Shown piece after piece: positions 19,542 through 31,331 of a DNA stretch of 64,000 nucleotides. This DNA is from Candidatus Eiseniibacteriota bacterium. GTDB lineage: Bacteria; Eisenbacteria; RBG-16-71-46. How positions within the stretch are numbered: position 1 is the first letter of the stretch; each line of letters starts with the position of its first letter. The position numbers were made by a program, and so were the translations under genes. The notes below the pieces were generated by a model. It saw nothing but the letters and a program-made list of their open reading frames with translations. It ran no database searches and had not been told where the DNA came from. The DNA is taken from NCBI GenBank assembly GCA_963707915.1, contig OY970178.1:2784001-2848000 (forward strand), read 5' to 3'.

Positions 19542-19691
19542 TGATTCGGCTTTTCGGGTCCACCCCCACCGGGGTCTCTGGGAACCGGAGCCGTTCCCCG
19601 GCTCGCGGCGGCCGTCCGGCCGCACGGTGCGGGCGCGGGGGTGCTGACGGGAGCACCGGTACACGGTCATGGATCTGCCGCCGCGCTCGAG

Positions 19692-19725
19692 GGACTCGTC
19701 GCCTGACCGGGAGACGGGTTCTTTT
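19692..19725 (+). terminator. Terminator-like hairpin with T-tract in the gdh upstream region
   Basis: gactcgtc...gacgggtt stem (with G-U pairs) followed by ctttt. Confidence 0.4.
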
Positions 19726-19922
19726 CATCGGGGTGCGGAGGGTCACGAGCCGACCGCGTCCTTCGCCCGATCCACCGCGGCGGCGCTCGCGCCGGCGCGG
19801 TGCCCGATCCGGCCGGTTCCGCGCCGCACGGACCGGACCGATTCCGCTGTCCCCACCGCCGCGGGGCATTCCGGCACGCGCCGCATCGCGACCGTCCCCG
19901 GCCGGTCTTCCAGGAGACACTC

Positions 19923-21210
<1,288 letters not shown>

Positions 21211-21263
21211 CAGCGTGCGCCGGGGGCGGCGCGTGACGCCGCCCCGGCGACGCGGTCCCGATC

Positions 21264-23048
21264 ATGCACGGCGACACGACGGACGGCCAGGAGCTGTCGC
21301 GGTTCGACCGCCGCTTCTTCGAGGGGCGGGAGACCTTCACCACCATCGGGGCGGGCGCCCTCGGGGGCAAGGCCGCGGGACTGCTCGCCGCGCGCGTGAC
21401 GCTGGCGGACCGGCCGGCGGCCCTGCGCTTCGCGGACCTGGAGATCTCGGTCCCGACGCTGACCGTGATCCCGACCGGCGCGTTCGACCTGTTCCTCGAG
21501 CGCAACCGTCTCCACGAGCTGGTCTACTCGGGGGCCGATGACCGCCAGATCGCGGCGACCCTGCAGCGCGCCGAGCTTCCCACCGAGATCGTCGGCGACC
21601 TGTGGGCGCTGGTGCGGCAGGTCCATACCCCGCTGGCGGTGCGTTCCTCGAGCCTGCTCGAGGACGCCCTGGCGCACCCGTTCGCCGGTGTCTACGCCAC
21701 CAAGATGATCCCCAACAACCAGCACGATCCCGAGACCCGCTTTCGCAAGCTGGTCGAGGCGATCAAGTTCGTCTACGCCTCCACGTTCACCCGCGCGGCG
21801 CGCAACTACGTGCGCGCGGCCGGCCGGAAGCCGGAGGACGAGAAGATGGCGGTGATCGTGCAGGAGGTGGTGGGGCACCGCCACGGCCCGCGCTTCTACC
21901 CCGAGGTCGCGGGGGTGGCGCGCTCGTGGAACTTCTACCCCACCGGCCATGCGCAGCCGGCCGACGGCGTGCTGGACCTGGCTCTCGGCCTGGGCCGGAC
22001 CATCGTGGACGGCGGCCGGACGTGGACCTGTTCGCCCGCGCACCCGCGCTCGGTGCCGCCGTTCAACTCGGTGGACCACCTGATCGAGCAGAGCCAGAGC
22101 GAGTTCTGGGCCGTGAACATGGGCCCGCCCCCGGCCTACGATCCCACGGCCGAGACCGAGTACCTGGTGCAGGCGGGCCTCGCGGAGGCCGAGACCGACG
22201 GGACGCTGGTCCACGTCGCCTCGACCTACGACCCGGAGGCGGACCGCGTCGTCATGGGGGTGGGGCCCCGGGGCCCGCGCATCGTCGACTTCGCGCCGAT
22301 GCTGCGGCTGGCGCAGTGGCCGGTGGTCGAGGCGGTGCGCGGCCTGCTCGCGCTCTTCGCGGAGCGCCTGGGCGCCCCCGTGGAGATCGAGTTCGCGCTC
22401 ACCTTCCCCGCCCCGCCCTCCGCCGCCGCGCCGGAGGGCCTGCCCGCCCGCCTGGGATTCCTGCAGGTGCGGCCGATGCTGCTCAGCAGCCAGGTGGTGG
22501 AGGTCGGCGACGACGAGCTGGCCGGCCCGCGGGCCGTGGTGCGCTCCGAGCACGTCATGGGCAACGGGGTCATCGAGGGGCTGCGCGACATCGTGTACGT
22601 GAAGCCCGAGGCCTTCGAGGCGCGCCACACGCCGGCCATCGCCGCGGAGGTGGACCGGATCAACCAGGCGCTGCTCGAGGAGGGCCGACCGTGCGTGCTC
22701 GTCGGGTTCGGCCGCTGGGGCAGCGCCGATCCGTGGCTGGGCATCCCGGTGGACTGGGCCCAGATCGCGAGCGCGCGCGTCATCGTCGAGGCGAGCCTGC
22801 CGGCCATGAACGTGGACATGAGCCAGGGCGCGCACTTCTTCCACAACCTGCTGAGCTTCCGGGTGGCCTACTTCTCCGTGCCGGGGCTCGACGCGTCGGG
22901 GATCGACTGGGAGTGGCTGCGCGGGCTCCCGGCCCGGCGGGAGACGGATTTCGTGCGGCACGTGGAGACGCCGGCGCCCCTGCAGGTGAGGGTGGACGGA
23001 CGCCGCGGCCGGGGCGTGGTGCTGCGTGACGCGGGAGAGGACGCATGA
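21264..23048 (+). CDS. PEP/pyruvate dikinase N-terminal (ATP-grasp) domain protein with His-swivel-like C-terminus and no pyruvate-binding barrel
   Basis: LGGKAAGL, LAVRSSSLLED...FAGVYAT, MAVIVQEVVG, GLG, EIEFA, FLQVRP, GRWGS, SQGAHFF. Confidence 0.85.
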   Translation: MHGDTTDGQELSRFDRRFFEGRETFTTIGAGALGGKAAGLLAARVTLADRPAALRFADLEISVPTLTVIPTGAFDLFLERNRLHELVYSGADDRQIAATLQRAELPTEIVGDLWALVRQVHTPLAVRSSSLLEDALAHPFAGVYATKMIPNNQHDPETRFRKLVEAIKFVYASTFTRAARNYVRAAGRKPEDEKMAVIVQEVVGHRHGPRFYPEVAGVARSWNFYPTGHAQPADGVLDLALGLGRTIVDGGRTWTCSPAHPRSVPPFNSVDHLIEQSQSEFWAVNMGPPPAYDPTAETEYLVQAGLAEAETDGTLVHVASTYDPEADRVVMGVGPRGPRIVDFAPMLRLAQWPVVEAVRGLLALFAERLGAPVEIEFALTFPAPPSAAAPEGLPARLGFLQVRPMLLSSQVVEVGDDELAGPRAVVRSEHVMGNGVIEGLRDIVYVKPEAFEARHTPAIAAEVDRINQALLEEGRPCVLVGFGRWGSADPWLGIPVDWAQIASARVIVEASLPAMNVDMSQGAHFFHNLLSFRVAYFSVPGLDASGIDWEWLRGLPARRETDFVRHVETPAPLQVRVDGRRGRGVVLRDAGEDA

Positions 23049-26000
23049 GCGACCAGAAGCCGGTGGACGAGATCCTCAAGGCGCTCCAGGAACGGGCCAA
23101 GGAGCTCAACTGCCTGTACCGCATCGACGAGATCGTGCACGACACGGAACGGCCGGTCGCCGACCTGCTGCGCGCGGTGATCGAGGCGCTGCCGGCGGGC
23201 TGGCAGTACCCGTCGCACTGCGTGGCGCGCGTCGGGCTGCGCGACCTCGACGTGCGCGGGGCGGGCTTCGTCGAGACCCCGTGGAAGCTGACCGCGCCGA
23301 TCGTCATCTCGAACCGGCCGGCCGGCGAGTTGTGCGTCCACTACACGCAGCAGATGCCCCGCGCCGACGAGGGGCCGTTCCTCAAGGAGGAGCGCAGGCT
23401 CATCGACGCGGCCGCCGACCGCGTCTCCCGGGCCATCCAGCACCGCGAGCTGACCGAGGTGTTCGGCCGCATGCAGATCGGCCATCCCCCGGTGGACGCC
23501 ACGCCCCGCGGGGACTGGAACATCATCCTCGACCTGCTGCGCCGCACCGACCAGAACCTCTACAACCAGGTCGCGCGCAAGATGCTGAACCACCTGTCGT
23601 GGAGCGGCATCGAGGAGGCCAAGGAGCTGCTGCTCAGCATCGCGGGCCCGGAGGAGGCCTGGGAGCCCGGCGACGAGAATCGCCCGACGCGGCGCAGCGC
23701 GCCCAAGGACTTCGAGGTCATCAGCACCGAGACCTTCCAGATCGCCGCCGCCCACCTGAGCGAGCAGGAGCTGCTCCACAGCATCCAGACCTGGATCAAG
23801 GAGGACCGGCTCCATTTCCTGGTGCTCGCGCTCGAGAGCAGCAACACGACGTTGCCCGAGATCGCCAACGCGCTGGAGCGCTACCACCACAGCGGGCTGG
23901 ACGCGCGCGAGCTGTCGCCCGCCATGCACCTCGGCCTCAAGGTCTCGCTCATCCGGCGCCTGCTCACCGACAACCTGGGGTTCATCAACACCTGCCGCTC
24001 CTGGGTGGAGATCGACGACTTCGTGGACCTCGTGAACCACACCATCCTGCTGCCCAAGAGCCACGGCCGGGTGGGCGGCAAGGGCAGCGGGCTCCTGCTG
24101 GCGCGGCACGTCCTGCGGCGCTCCCCCCATCAGCGGGAACTGCTGGACGGCGTCAAGGTGCCGAAGACGTGGTACGTGCCCTCGGACGGGCTCCTGCAGT
24201 TCCTCGCGTACAACAACCTCGACGACGTCTACAACTGGAAGTACCGCGACCTGGACGAGATCCGGCAGGAGTACCCGCACATGCTCCAGGTCTTCAAGAG
24301 CTCGCGCTTCCCGGCCGAGTTCGTGCAGGGGCTCTCGACCGCGCTCGACGACCTCGGCGACCGGCCGCTCATCGTGCGCAGCTCGAGCCTGCTCGAGGAC
24401 CGCGCGGGCTCGGCCTTCTCGGGCAAGTACAAGAGCCTGTTCCTCGCGAACCAGGGCCGCAAGTCCGACCGGCTGGCGGCGCTGCTGGACGCCATCGCCG
24501 AGGTCTACGGCTCGGTCTTCGGCCCGGACCCCATCCAGTACCGCGCGGAGCGCGGGCTCCTCGAGCAGCACGAGGAGATGGGCATCATGATCCAGGAGGT
24601 GGTGGGGGTGCGCGCGGGCCGCTACTTCCTGCCCGCGTTCGCGGGCGTGGGATTCAGCAACAACGAGCTGCGCTGGTCGCCCCGCATCCGGCGCGACGAC
24701 GGCCTGTTGCGCCTGGTGCCCGGCCTCGGCACGCGCGCGGTGGACCGGCTGGCCGACGACTACCCGATCCTGGTCGCGCCGGGGCAGCCGGGGCTGCGCG
24801 TCAACGTCACCCCGGAAGAGGTCTTCCGCTACTCGCCGCGCAAGGTCGACGTCATCAACCTGGAGACCAACTCGTTCGAGACCGTGGACCGCCACGCCCT
24901 GCTGAAGGAGATCGAGGGACAGTTCCCCGGGCTCACCCGGGCGGTCTCGGTCTACGAGCACGACATGCTGCGGCGCCCCGGCGGCCTGGACCTGCGCTTC
25001 AACGAGGACAAGCTGGTCTTCACCTTCGAGGGCCTGCTGACGGGCACGGACTTCCTGCCGCGCATGCAGGCCATCCTCAACGTGCTGCGCGAGGCGCAGG
25101 GCGTGCCGGTGGACATCGAGTTCGCCTCGGACGGGCGCGACCTCTACCTGCTGCAGTGCCGGCCCCAGAGCCACGCGGCGGACACCGCTCCCGCGTCCAT
25201 CCCGCGCGACCTGCCGCCGGAGCGCGTGGTGTTCTCGGCCAACCGCTACGTCTCGAACGGCGCCGTGCCCGACATCACGCACATCGTCTACGTGGACCCC
25301 GAGGGCTACAGCCGGCTGGGCGACATGGGCGAACTGCGCGACGTGAGCCGGGCCGTCGGCAGCCTCAACCAGATCCTGCCCAAGCGCCAGTTCATCCTCA
25401 TGGGGCCGGGGCGCTGGGGCAGCCGCGGCGACGTCAAGCTGGGCGTGAGCGTGACCTACTCCGACATCAACAACACGGCGGTGCTGATCGAGGTCGCGCG
25501 CAAGGCGGGCAACTACGTCCCGGACCTCTCGTTCGGCACGCACTTCTTCCAGGACCTGGTGGAGTCCGGGATCCGCTACCTGCCGCTCTACCCCGACGAC
25601 GCGGGCATCGTCTTCAACGAGCCGTTCCTCCGCCGGTCCGCGAACGTCCTGGCGCGCCTGCTGCCGGACCTCGCGCACCTCGAGGAGGTCGTGCGCGTGA
25701 TCGACGTGCCGGAGTCCACCGGCGGCCAGGTCCTGCGATTGCTCATGAACGCCGACCTGGACGAGGCGGTGGGCGTGCTGGCGCCGCCGGGCGCGGCGGC
25801 GGTCACCTCGGCCACCCTGCCGGGTCCCTCGGCGCGCCCGTCCGAGGACCACTGGCGATGGCGGCTGCGCATGGCGCAGAAGGTCGCCGCGGACCTCGAT
25901 CCGGCGCGCTTCGGCGTCCAGGCGTTCTACGTCTTCGGCAGCACCAAGAACGCCTCGGCCGGGCCGGGCAGCGACATCGACGTCATCCTCCACCTCCGGG

Positions 26001-26224
26001 GGACGCCGGAGCAGCGGCGAGATCTGGAGTTGTGGCTCGAGGGCTGGAGCCTGTGCCTCGGGGAGATGAACTACCTGCGCACGGGCTACCCGAGCGAGGG
26101 GCTGCTGGACGTGCACCTCGTCACCGACGAGGACATCGAGCGGCAGGGCAGCTACGCCGCGAAGATCGGGGCCATCACGGACGCGGCGCGTCCGCTCACG
26201 ATGGGACGCCCGGCGGCGGGATGA
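23045..26224 (+). CDS. Multidomain protein: GAF-like sensor + dikinase ATP-grasp + His-swivel-like + nucleotidyltransferase
   Basis: ERAKELNCLY...WQYP...FLKEERRL; VGGKGSGL, IVRSSSLLED...FSGKY, GLGTRAV, DIEFA, LLQCRP, GRWGS, SFGTHFF; C-terminal FGSTKNASAGPGSDID...LLDVH; ATGA overlap. Confidence 0.85.
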   Translation: MSDQKPVDEILKALQERAKELNCLYRIDEIVHDTERPVADLLRAVIEALPAGWQYPSHCVARVGLRDLDVRGAGFVETPWKLTAPIVISNRPAGELCVHYTQQMPRADEGPFLKEERRLIDAAADRVSRAIQHRELTEVFGRMQIGHPPVDATPRGDWNIILDLLRRTDQNLYNQVARKMLNHLSWSGIEEAKELLLSIAGPEEAWEPGDENRPTRRSAPKDFEVISTETFQIAAAHLSEQELLHSIQTWIKEDRLHFLVLALESSNTTLPEIANALERYHHSGLDARELSPAMHLGLKVSLIRRLLTDNLGFINTCRSWVEIDDFVDLVNHTILLPKSHGRVGGKGSGLLLARHVLRRSPHQRELLDGVKVPKTWYVPSDGLLQFLAYNNLDDVYNWKYRDLDEIRQEYPHMLQVFKSSRFPAEFVQGLSTALDDLGDRPLIVRSSSLLEDRAGSAFSGKYKSLFLANQGRKSDRLAALLDAIAEVYGSVFGPDPIQYRAERGLLEQHEEMGIMIQEVVGVRAGRYFLPAFAGVGFSNNELRWSPRIRRDDGLLRLVPGLGTRAVDRLADDYPILVAPGQPGLRVNVTPEEVFRYSPRKVDVINLETNSFETVDRHALLKEIEGQFPGLTRAVSVYEHDMLRRPGGLDLRFNEDKLVFTFEGLLTGTDFLPRMQAILNVLREAQGVPVDIEFASDGRDLYLLQCRPQSHAADTAPASIPRDLPPERVVFSANRYVSNGAVPDITHIVYVDPEGYSRLGDMGELRDVSRAVGSLNQILPKRQFILMGPGRWGSRGDVKLGVSVTYSDINNTAVLIEVARKAGNYVPDLSFGTHFFQDLVESGIRYLPLYPDDAGIVFNEPFLRRSANVLARLLPDLAHLEEVVRVIDVPESTGGQVLRLLMNADLDEAVGVLAPPGAAAVTSATLPGPSARPSEDHWRWRLRMAQKVAADLDPARFGVQAFYVFGSTKNASAGPGSDIDVILHLRGTPEQRRDLELWLEGWSLCLGEMNYLRTGYPSEGLLDVHLVTDEDIERQGSYAAKIGAITDAARPLTMGRPAAG

Positions 26225-27074
26225 GCGCGCGGGTCGCCTGCCCGGGCGACTCGAGGTCGAAGCGCACCAGCGCCAGCTCGTCGCCGTCGTGGGCGGCCGA
26301 GAGGCAGTGCGTGCGCCCGAGCCGGTCGCGCCAGTGCCCGGTGAGCCGCGCCGACTCGTGCACGTGGCCGTGGAGCGTGAGCAGCGGCTGGCGCGCCTCG
26401 ATGAAGCGCCGGATGGCGATGCTCCCCACGTGCACGTCGAGCGGCGCGTGGTCCACGGCCATGCCGTCGAGCGCCGCCCGGTCGAGCCGCGTGTCGTAGG
26501 GCGGCGCGTGGAAGAGGAGGACCGCCCGCGCGAGGTCGGCGTCGCCGGCGAGGCGCTCGAGGTCCTCGCGGATCGTGGCGTTGCGCGCCTCGCCCTCGCG
26601 CAGCGGGACCGTGCGCCAGCCCTCCTCGGGCGAGGTGCAGCCGGGGTCCACGTGGCGCGAGACGTCGTAGCGCTCCCAGTCCTTGAGCGCGAACGGCGTG
26701 GGCGGCACGAAGGCGTAGCCGAAGACCGTCCAGTCGCCGAAGGGGATGCGCCGTCCGTGCGCGTACTCCCAGGCGCCCGCTTCGGCGGCCTCCAGCACGC
26801 TCTCCTCCTCGGCGCGCCCGTCGTCGTTGCCGAGGAGGAGGAAGACGCGCGGGGCCGTGGCGCCGAGGTCGCGGCGCACGCGGGCGAAGCCCGGGGCGAG
26901 GACGTCCCGCACGAAGCCGCCGTCCGTGGCCCCGACCGCCGCGCCGAGGCCGGAGGGCAGGAGGTCCCCGCCCAGGAACACGGCGGCCGGCCGCTCGGCC
27001 CGGATCGCCGCGAACAGCGCGGCGTAGCGGGTCGCCGCGCCGTGCAGGTCCGTGGCGAAGAGGCAGGCCGTCAC
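26196..27074 (-). CDS. Metallophosphoesterase (calcineurin-like, Icc-related)
   Basis: GTG start; ATDLHG, GGDL, GNDD, FHAPP, HVGS, LHGHVHE. Confidence 0.88.
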   Translation of the reverse strand: MTACLFATDLHGAATRYAALFAAIRAERPAAVFLGGDLLPSGLGAAVGATDGGFVRDVLAPGFARVRRDLGATAPRVFLLLGNDDGRAEEESVLEAAEAGAWEYAHGRRIPFGDWTVFGYAFVPPTPFALKDWERYDVSRHVDPGCTSPEEGWRTVPLREGEARNATIREDLERLAGDADLARAVLLFHAPPYDTRLDRAALDGMAVDHAPLDVHVGSIAIRRFIEARQPLLTLHGHVHESARLTGHWRDRLGRTHCLSAAHDGDELALVRFDLESPGQATRALIPPPGVPS

Positions 27075-27091
27075 GTCCGCGGCCGCGACGT

Positions 27092-29165
27092 CTAGGGGGC
27101 GACCGGTCGCGCCGGCTTCGCGCCGGAGGCGTCCGCGTCGTCCGGCCCGGCGTCCTTCCCGGACGGGCTCGCGACCGGCGGTTCCGGCTCGGCCGGGACG
27201 GGCTTCATCGGCGCGAGTTTCTCGCCGTGCAGCAGGCGGTTCATCTCGTCGCCGTCGAGCACCTCGCGCTCGAGCAGGGTGGCGGCCAGGTGGTGGAGCT
27301 TGTCCAGGTTCTGCTCGAGCGTGGCGAAGGCCTGCTGGTAGGCGCCCTCGACCAGCACGCGCACCTCGGCGTCGATGCGCTCGGCGGTCTGCTCGGAGTA
27401 GTCCTTGTGGCTGGCGATCTCGCGGCCGAGGAAGATCATCTCCTCCTTCTTGCCGAAGGTGAGCGGTCCGAGCCGCTCGCTCATGCCCAGCTCGCAGACC
27501 ATCTTGCGCGCCAGCACGGTGGCGCGCTCGATGTCGTTCGCCGCGCCGGTGGTGTAGTGCTTGAAGACCAGGGACTCGGCGGCGCGCCCGCCCATCATCA
27601 TGGCGAGGGTGCGCAGCAGGTCCTCCTTCGAGCGCGAGTAGCGCTCCTCCTTCGGCATGGTGCTGGTGATGCCCAGCGCCCGGCCGCGCGGCACGATGCT
27701 GATCTTGTCCACCGGGTCCGAGCCCGGCTGGAGCCAGGCCATGAGCGCGTGGCCGGACTCGTGGTAGGCCGTCGAGCTGCGCTCCTCCTCGGACATGACC
27801 AGGCTCTTGCGCTCCATGCCGAGCGTGACCTTGTCGCGCGCGTCCATGAAGTCCTGGTGCGTGACCTTCTTGCGGTTGCGCCGCGCCGCCAGCAGCGCCG
27901 ACTCGTTGACCAGGTTGGCGATGTCCGCGCCGGCCATGCCGGCGGTGGAACGCGCGATCGAGTTGAGGTCCACGTCGTCGTCGAGCGGGATCTTGCGGGT
28001 GTGCACCTTGAGGATGCCCTCGCGCCCGCGCACGTCGGGCCAGTCCACGACGATCTGGCGGTCGAAGCGCCCGGGACGCAGCAGCGCCGGGTCGAGCACG
28101 TCGGGCCGGTTCGTGGCGGCGATCATGATGACGCCCTCGTTCGAGTCGAAGCCGTCCATCTCGACGAGCAGCTGGTTCAGGGTCTGCTCGCGCTCGTCGT
28201 GCCCGCCGCCGAGCCCCGCGCCGCGGTGCCGGCCCACGGCGTCGATCTCGTCCACGAAGACGATGCACGGCGCGTTGCGCTTCGCCTGCTCGAAGAGGTC
28301 CCGGACCCGGCTCGCCCCGACCCCGACGAACATCTCCACGAAGTCGGAGCCCGACATCGAGAAGAACGGCACCACGGCCTCGCCGGCGACGGCCTTCGCG
28401 AGCAGCGTCTTGCCCGAGCCCGGGGGGCCGAGCAGGAGCGCGCCCTTGGGGATCCGGCCGCCCAGGCGCTGGAACTTCTGCGGCTCCTTCAGGAACTCGA
28501 TGATCTCCTGCAGCTCCTGCTTGGCCTCCTCGCAGCCCGCCACGTCCTTGAACGTGACCTTGGGCTGGGTCTCCATCAGCACCCGCGCCTTGGTCTTGCC
28601 GAACTTGAGCGCGGCGCTGCCGCCCGACTGCATCTGGCGGAGCATGAAGAGCCAGAACCCGAAGATGAGCACGATCGGCAGCCAGGTGAACAGCACGGAG
28701 AGCCAGTTCAGGCCCGCGGTGCGGACGTCGATCTCGGCGTTGCGGTTCGCCTTCCAGACGCGGTCGGGCAGCGTCGCGCCGTCCCCGACGATATTGGTCT
28801 TGAACGCCTTGTAGGGGACGTCGTGATTGCTGATCTTCACCGTGTCCGGCTTGGTGAGCTCCCCGGTGACCGTGCCCTCGGTGATCTGCAGGTTCGCGAT
28901 GCGGCCGGCGTCCACCTCCCGGATGAAGCGCGTGTAGGAGACCTCGACGCGCTGGGGCGCCATGAAGCTGCCCTGGTACATGCTTATAGGCCACCAGCGA
29001 CAGCAGCACGACCAGCATCCAGAAGGCGAGCGTGCGGAACGGGCGCCCCGCGGGCAGCGGGACCTGCGGACGCCGCGGCGGGCCCCCGCGCTGCGGTGGC
29101 CTGCGGCCCTCGCGACCGCCGTCGTCGTCGGGCCGCGGACCCGGTTTGCGGCGGGACTCGCTCAC
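27092..29165 (-). CDS. ftsH: ATP-dependent zinc metalloprotease FtsH, with an apparent one-base frameshift near 28984
   Basis: [40 protein letters not shown]; first TM ([13 protein letters not shown]) is in a different frame that begins at a GTG overlapping the hpt stop. Confidence 0.93.
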
Positions 29166-29740
29166 GATCCGGCCTCCTCGAACACACCGACGTAGGGGAG
29201 GTTGCGGCACTTCTCGACGTCGTCCATGCCGTAGCCCACCACGAACTCGCTGCCGATCCTCCAGCCCGCGTAGTCCACCGGGACCGGGATCTTGCGGCAG
29301 GGCGCCTTGTCGAGCAGCGTGGCGACCTTGAGGCTCGCCGGGCGGCGCCGCTTCATCACGTCGAGGATGAAGGACACGCTCAGCCCGGAATCCACCACCC
29401 CTTCGCACAGCAGCACGTGGCGGTTCGCGATGTCCTCGCGCATGTCCATCAGCAGCCGGACGTTCCCGCTCGACTCCTTCCCGGCGCCGTAGGACGAGAC
29501 CGAGATGAAGTCGAGGTCGAGGTCGATGGGCGTGGCGCGCGCCAGGTCGCACTGGAACATGCAGGCGCCCTTGAGGACGCCCACGAAGATCGGGCGCTTG
29601 TCCTGGTAGTCGCGCGCCAATTCGAGTCCGAGTTCGCGCACGCGCCGTGCGACCTGCTCGGCGGTGAACAGGACCCGCATGGTGCGGCCCGGATTCGGGA
29701 CGGCGGCTTCGGGACGGCCGGTCGGCTGGCTCTCAGTCAT
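29162..29740 (-). CDS. hpt: Hypoxanthine phosphoribosyltransferase
   Basis: VGVLKGA, SVSSYG, VLLCEGVVDSGLS, LLDK, FVVGYGMD...RNLPY; conserved tilS-hpt-ftsH order. Confidence 0.93.
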   Translation of the reverse strand: MTESQPTGRPEAAVPNPGRTMRVLFTAEQVARRVRELGLELARDYQDKRPIFVGVLKGACMFQCDLARATPIDLDLDFISVSSYGAGKESSGNVRLLMDMREDIANRHVLLCEGVVDSGLSVSFILDVMKRRRPASLKVATLLDKAPCRKIPVPVDYAGWRIGSEFVVGYGMDDVEKCRNLPYVGVFEEAGS

Positions 29741-31211
29741 GGCGCTCCGCGTGGACCCAGAGGGCCCTCCGGGTGCCGGCGGTCACCGGGGCGCGCGCCG
29801 AACGGCGCACACCCACCACCCAGAGGATTCCCCCGGCGTCGGCTAGGACCGTGGGGTGCTTGCGAATGTCGTTCGAGACTCCCTGCTTGCTCAAGAATCG
29901 TCCGAGTCGTGCCGCGCGCGTCCGTCCGAACGGCACGAACGGTTCGTCGGCCTGTGCCCGCCGCACCACCAGCGGTCCGTCCAGGGCGTCGGCGGCGAAG
30001 AACTCTCCCGCGCCGTGGCCCTCCGCCATGCCCCGCCGCGCCGCCGCCCCGCTGGTCCAGCGCGCCACCAGGTGGGCCCCGTCCCACTCGAGACGGCGCG
30101 AGACCCTGAGACGGGCTTGCGCGAGGGGGCGCTTCGGAGCCCCGTTGCGGAAGCGGATGACGTCACGGTCACGCTCGGCGGACCACCCCTCCGGAAGCCG
30201 GATAATGGCGCGCCCGCGCGTCCTGTCAATCAACCCCTCGAGCGCGGCCAGGTGCCGGCGCGTCAGGCCGCTCGATCGCGGCCCGCTGCGCCGCCAGAAC
30301 CGGCCGAGGACGGCCAGCCGGAGCCCGGCCGGCAGGGGCGCGAGACGGCGGACCTCCAGGGTGGCCGTCCCGGCGGAGGCCCGTCCGGCCCGGGCGATCA
30401 CGCGCCCGGCGAGGCCCTCGAGCGCCCGGGCTGCAACGAGCGTCCCTGCCGCGGCTTGTGCGGCCCGCCGTGCCAGCAGTTCCCGCCCGCGCGCCGGGTC
30501 GAGACCGGGCAGCAGTGCCCGCGCCAGCGCCGGGACCGCCTCGTGGCGCACGCGGCTGCGCGCATAGCGGGGGTCGCGGTTCGAGCGGTCCTCGCGCCAG
30601 TCCTGGCCGGCCCGCAGCAGGTCGGCCTCGATCTCGGCCCGGGTGGCGCCGAGCAACGGCTTGAGCCAGAGCGTCCGTCCGCCCCGACCGTCGCCGGTCG
30701 CGACCGCCGGTCTCATGCCCGGCGCCCCGCTGAGCCCGGTGCCGCGGGCCAATCGCATGAGCATCGTCTCGAGCTGGTCGTCCGCCGTGTGGGCCGTGAC
30801 GACGGCCCGCGCCCCCGCGCGTCTTGCGGCCGCGACCAGGAACTCGCGCCGCAGCGTGCGCAGGCCGGCCTGGCCGGCGAGGCCGCGGCGACGCAGGCGC
30901 GCGCGGGTGTCCCAGCGCGCCGCGGCCAGCGGCACGCCCAGGTGGGTGCAGAGCGCGCGCACGAACCCGAGGTCCGCGTCGGCATCGGCGCCGCGCAGGC
31001 CGTGATGGAGATGGGCGGCGTGCAGTCGCAGGCCCAGGTCCCGGGAGAGGTGGTGCAGGCCGATGAGCAGGGCGGTCGAGTCCGCGCCGCCGCTCACCGC
31101 CACGAGCAGGGTCGCCGGGCCCGCCCGGTCGAGCCATGCCGGGGCACCGTCGCCACGCAGTGCGCGGCGCAGGACGGTCTCGACCCGGCGCAGGCGCACG
31201 GTGGGACGCAA
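29733..31211 (-). CDS. tilS: tRNA(Ile)-lysidine synthetase
   Basis: AVSGGADS, HHGLRG, TAHTADDQLET.LMRLARG, KPLL, EDRSN; start must lie downstream of the tRNA (TTG 31211 or GTG 31199). Confidence 0.9.
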   Translation of the reverse strand: MRPTVRLRRVETVLRRALRGDGAPAWLDRAGPATLLVAVSGGADSTALLIGLHHLSRDLGLRLHAAHLHHGLRGADADADLGFVRALCTHLGVPLAAARWDTRARLRRRGLAGQAGLRTLRREFLVAAARRAGARAVVTAHTADDQLETMLMRLARGTGLSGAPGMRPAVATGDGRGGRTLWLKPLLGATRAEIEADLLRAGQDWREDRSNRDPRYARSRVRHEAVPALARALLPGLDPARGRELLARRAAQAAAGTLVAARALEGLAGRVIARAGRASAGTATLEVRRLAPLPAGLRLAVLGRFWRRSGPRSSGLTRRHLAALEGLIDRTRGRAIIRLPEGWSAERDRDVIRFRNGAPKRPLAQARLRVSRRLEWDGAHLVARWTSGAAARRGMAEGHGAGEFFAADALDGPLVVRRAQADEPFVPFGRTRAARLGRFLSKQGVSNDIRKHPTVLADAGGILWVVGVRRSARAPVTAGTRRALWVHAERHD

Positions 31212-31217
31212 AGGTGA

Positions 31218-31293
31218 TGGTGGCGGCGCAGGGACTCGAACCCCGGACACAGAGATTATGATTCTCCTGCTCTACCAGCTGAGCTACGCCGCC
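31218..31293 (-). tRNA. tRNA with CAT anticodon, most likely elongator tRNA-Met
   Basis: GGCGGCGTAGCTCAGCTGGTAGAGCAGGAGAATCATAATCTCTGTGTCCGGGGTTCGAGTCCCTGCGCCGCCACCA: 76 nt, full cloverleaf, encoded CCA, paired 1-72. Confidence 0.95.
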
Positions 31294-31331
31294 AGTGAGA
31301 CGGGGCCTTCCGGGCGGAAGGCGGACGGAAG

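Noticed and set aside
14548..19920. 1790-aa minus-strand ORF and many other long antisense or alternate-frame ORFs
   Set aside because: Arg/Pro/Gly/Ala-rich shadows of real genes; stop codons are scarce at this GC content and no motifs are present
21264..26224. Ordinary PEP synthase (ppsA)
   Set aside because: No C-terminal pyruvate-binding barrel motifs in either protein
31218..31293. tRNA-Ile2 or initiator tRNA-fMet
   Set aside because: Position 1-72 is paired and there is no triple G-C anticodon stem (not initiator); acceptor stem lacks the C4/C5 pattern typical of Ile2. Isotype should still be confirmed with covariance models
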